Assembly (NCBI GenBank): GCA_029717555.1
Contig: JAMDHS010000008.1
Span: 248,001 to 312,000, forward strand
Source: Peribolospora baueri
Taxonomy: Eukaryota
Reading direction: 5' to 3'
DNA: 64,000 bases
Shown piece after piece: positions 60,263 through 64,000 of the stretch. A program made the translations under genes and the position numbers. Every line of letters begins with the position of its first letter. Positions within the stretch are counted from its first letter, which is position 1. The notes below the pieces were generated by a model. The model did not search any database. It was not told where the DNA came from and saw only the letters and a program-made list of their open reading frames with translations.

Positions 60263-61632
60263 TCAATACGGCTTGAACCGAAGCCGCCCACTAGACCTCT
60301 CTTGGCCTCTGTCTCTTTCTTCGGCCGGCGAGCGCACCCTCCCGCCGTGGCGGTCACGGTCGCCGTCGTTCACATGCCGCCTGTCCTGCCCCCACCGCTC
60401 CCGATCCCTCTCATCGTCCCTGTACCGGTCCTTGTCCCTGTACCGATCCCTCTCATCGCCCCTGTACCGGTCCCTATCCCTGTACCGATCGCTATCGCCG
60501 ACCCTGTCCCCGTCTCGGTCCCGTTCTCGTTCGCGATGGCTACCTTGGTCTCGTCCTTCATCCCGTTGCCTGTCCATCTCCCTGTCCTTATCCCTCTCCT
60601 TCCGTTCTCGCTCTCCCTCCTTTTTCCCTCCTTTCCCTCCTCTCCGCCTTGCGCGTCTCCTCCGCTCTTCCTTCTCCTCCTTCGTCCTCCTCTTCCCAGA
60701 CCTGCCTTCCCCCTTCTCCTTGGCCTTTTCCTCCCGTTTACGCTTGCGAAAGTAATCTGCCAGCGGGTCTTCTGGGTCGATGGACTGCAGGGACGAGGGA
60801 GAGGAGGAACGGGAGGAGCTAGGGGAAGCTGTGCGGTACGAGAAGGAAAGAAATAGACCGGTTCGCCCGTCAACACAAGAGCCGTGCATCCGTGCGCCCG
60901 CGGACGCGCGGACAGCGGCCCGTACGAGGGGAGGGGCGCGTTCGCTCACCTTCGGCCATCTTAGGTGCCGCGTTCAGACTCTGTTCCTCAGGTTCCTTCC
61001 ACTCGCCATCCTCGCCCTTCTCCTTGGGCTGCTTGTACGCGGTTACGTGATCGACGCGCAGCGTACGTCCGAGCACCGTCGCGCCGTTGAGGTTGTCGAC
61101 GGCCAGCACGGTCGAGCGCTGGTCTTCGTACATGAGGAAGCCGAAGCCGCGAGTTTTACCTGTCGCCTTGTCGCGCGGCAGGTTGACGTCCATTACCTCG
61201 CCATACCTGCGGACGCGGACGCCGACGCACGCGTCAGTTCGCCTCCCACCGGTGACGAGGTCGGCCGAGCACGGAAATCGAAGGCGAGGTGCACTCACTG
61301 AGAAAAGATAGTGATCACGTCCCCTTCGGTCAAGCCATAGGGCAGGCCGCCCACGAAGATGTACGCCGAATCTGAAGAGAGACCGAGTCCAATCCACCGC
61401 TTTTGAGCCACCGTCGTAAAGACGCTGGCTAGGATGCGGTGGCCTGTGCTGTGCTGCTCACTCACCCTTGTACTGGTCGTGCCAAGAACCTGAGATGCCG
61501 GCAGTGACCTCGCGCTCGTTGATACGTTGGATCTCGCGCACGACGCTGCAAAAGTAAACAATTAATGGAAGTCGGTCGGTGAGAGACACATGCGACTTCC
61601 TTCCTCGTCCTCCTCGCGCTCACTCACTTCAT
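60263..61632 (-). CDS. IST3: RES-complex / U2 snRNP RRM protein Ist3/Snu17 (RBMX2) with RD/RE-rich tail
   Basis: 5-nt first coding exon ATGAA (61628-61632), then [78 protein letters not shown], and IDPEDPLADYF. Confidence 0.95.
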
Positions 61633-62337
61633 CGTCCGTGTCTGTCCAACCGAAGGGAACGCTGGCGAGGTGAAGGACGGGGGAAGTAAGCGCGGACCGG
61701 ATTCGATCACCCAAAACGTGATACAGCTTTTTGGACCGATAGTATACGTATATACATACTCCAAGTATACACGTTTCTCGCGTACGCATACTCGCTGAAA
61801 AGGACGGCCCGGGTGGAGCGAGGCGGACAACCAGCTTCGTCGCCACCACCACCACCTGCCTCATCCATCCATCCCCTGGTCCATCGCAGTCGTCTTCGTC
61901 CTCGCGCGTCGCTCGCTTCCAGGTGGCCGTACCCCACCTCGACCTCGTCTACGAGCGCCCCTCCAGACCTACGTCTCGTTACGCAGGGCTGAGCACCCCC
62001 TCTTTGCTTCGCCAAGGCCCAGCGAGAGTCGCTCATCCGGACCGAGCAGCAAGCGAGCCGCTCGAGGACTTTGACGTTGTGAAAGAGGTTAGGATCCGTT
62101 TTCGCATGTCGCTCCCTCTGTCTTCTGTACTCGCAGCGTTCGCGGGGTCCGGCGCTGGGGTGGATGGATGATGGTGGATGGATGGATGGGTTTGGGAGAT
62201 CGTTCTTGCAATCCGATGTGTATCGACGCGTGCGCCGGTTACTGACAGGTCACAACTTCGCCACCTGCTTTTCGGGATCATTCATACTCCTCCACTCTGT
62301 CTTCTGTCACGTCGACTCAGTTTGGACGCTTGTCAGG

Positions 62338-63502
62338 ATGGCTTACGCTCCCTTCCCACTCGTCGAGTCACCTTTCGCGGCCAACGGCATCGCGCAAAAA
62401 AAGGACCCTGGGACCTTCCTGCCGGACCTCAACGTCCGGCTTATGTGCCCCGACTGCAAGATCGATCCGCCGAACATTCGAGAGGAGTTCGCCTCGGGCG
62501 ATCTCGTCTGCGGGGATTGCGGACTCGTCCTAGGCGACAGAATCGTCGACACGAGGAGCGAATGTGAGCCTGCGCTCGTCGTTTGCCTTTCGCAATCTGG
62601 CCGTAGGTCGTGAATGACGTGGCATCGACTGACACTGTAGAGAATGGCATCTGTCAGGGCGAACGTTTGCCAACGACGAGGGTGACGATCCGTCCCGTGT
62701 CGGTGCGGCGGTCAACCCGCTGCTCGACAATATCGAGCAGACGGACACGATCATCGGCAGCCGGGACGGCGGTACCGGCTTCGCTCGTGATCTGCAACGG
62801 ACGGCGACAAAGGCGGTGGGCGCCCGTCAGGAGCGATCCATCATTGAGGCGTTCCGGAACATCTCGAACATGGCGGACCAGATCTCGCTCTCGAGAAACA
62901 TTGCCGACATCGCCAAGCAGCTCTTCAAGCGAGTTGACGAGGAGAAGCTGCTCCGGGGAAAGAGTCAGGAGGCCATCATCGCCGCCTGCATCTTTGTCGC
63001 ATGCCGCCAAGGTCGCGTGCCACGCACCTTCAGGGAGATCTGCGCCCTGACCAACGTGCCGAAGAAGCAGATCGGGCAATGCTACAAGGCACTTGAGGCC
63101 GCCTTTGGCACGAGCGCCACCGGCATCGCTGCGGGGGCGAACGGCGTGGATCACGAGTCGGCGGCTACGACGGGCGCGCGAGACCTCATCACCCGTTTCT
63201 GCAATCACCTCGCCTTGCGCGCCTCGATCCAGGCGATGGCGATGCAGATCGTGGATCGTTCCCGCGACCTGGGCGTGCTCGCGGGACGCTCGCCCATCTC
63301 CATCGCTGCAGCGTGCATCTACTTCAGCGCCCACGCCTGTGGCACTCCGAAAACGGCGAAGGAGATTGGCAACGTGGCGAGCGTGTCGGACGTGACGATC
63401 AAGAGCAGCTACAAGGAGCTATTGAGACGCAAGGACGAGATCGTGAAAAAGGAATGGATCGCCGCCGGCAAGCTGGATGTCAGGCGGCTCCCTGCCAACT
63501 GA
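62338..63502 (+). CDS. SUA7: Transcription initiation factor TFIIB
   Basis: Zn ribbon [12 protein letters not shown] and B-reader VDTRSEWRTF spanning an intron (62565-62657). Core repeats [20 protein letters not shown] and [13 protein letters not shown]. Confidence 0.97.
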
Positions 63503-64000
63503 TGCCTGCTCCGTCTCCGTTTTCACGTCGACGGCGTCCACGTCCACGTCCACCGGAGTCGTCGTCGCCCTGGCGCGGCGCCAGGGCATTGTACATTCTT
63601 TATCGAAAGGCGTGCGAACGTTTCTTTGATGAAGAGCTGGAGGGGCGAGCCTGGAGGATGGCTGCTGGGAGCGGGTGTTCAGGAGCCGCCACCAGTTGCC
63701 TTCGCAGACGGCCGTTGCTTGTCAACAAAAAAAACCTGGGGAAGGAGCATTTGCTCGAATTGGTTCGGGTTGGAATTGGGGCCTTGGATAGACGGCGCAT
63801 CTTGCACTTGCTTGTATTTTCCTAACAACAAAACCAAGACTTGATGTAGTAACTGGATGTTGGCCTATGTGTGATCCCGTCGCTCGCCTTGATTGCACCC
63901 GACCGGCGGTCATGATCCGTCGACCCGACTGCGGTGCTTGGCAACACGCTGGGCGACGCCAAATGCGGCCTTTGCCCGTCTACTAATCTCTTGCCAAGCT

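Noticed and set aside
63679..63821. Possible terminal exon of a minus-strand gene beyond the window (GKYKQVQDAPSIQGP...)
   Set aside because: Only a TAG acceptor-like site and a short frame, which cannot be supported without the adjacent sequence.

Overview
This is a GC-rich, intron-rich fungal genomic window, and the proteins and GTGAG..CTRAC..YAG introns point to a basidiomycete. Most entries in the six-frame ORF track are spurious, so genes were rebuilt across introns by eye. About 19 protein-coding genes are supported, in order: HAD/GPP-like phosphatase (+), LEU1 (-), a low-complexity hypothetical (-), THR1 (+), a truncated Doa1/PLAA-like WD40 protein (-), DNAJC7-like TPR/J co-chaperone (+), DUF1640 protein (+), NAD(P)HX dehydratase (+), GT90/CAP10-family glycosyltransferase (+), a 1738-aa ankyrin protein (-), fatty-acid elongase (-), Mediator MED5 (+), an intronless Nudix hydrolase (+), G1 cyclin (-), a possible spliced orphan ORF (-), eIF4E (+), a GNAT acetyltransferase (+), IST3/RBMX2 (-) and TFIIB (+). 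Scrambled Ty3/gypsy (chromovirus) debris lies at about 52.7-54.1 kb. I found no tRNA, rRNA or CRISPR. I cannot support one large novel multi-gene system. The best leads are: (1) an intronless, lower-GC Nudix gene bracketed by a perfect 18-bp inverted repeat; (2) a Doa1 homolog lacking the Cdc48-binding PUL domain; (3) a HAD phosphatase whose catalytic Asp sits on a 6-nt microexon and whose cap carries an RRxS-repeat insert; (4) a 111-bp retroelement fold-back; (5) a tandem array of Gcn4/AP-1-type sites before the GNAT; (6) tandem MCB boxes in the roughly 11-kb region upstream of the G1 cyclin. All family calls come from motif recognition, not database searches.
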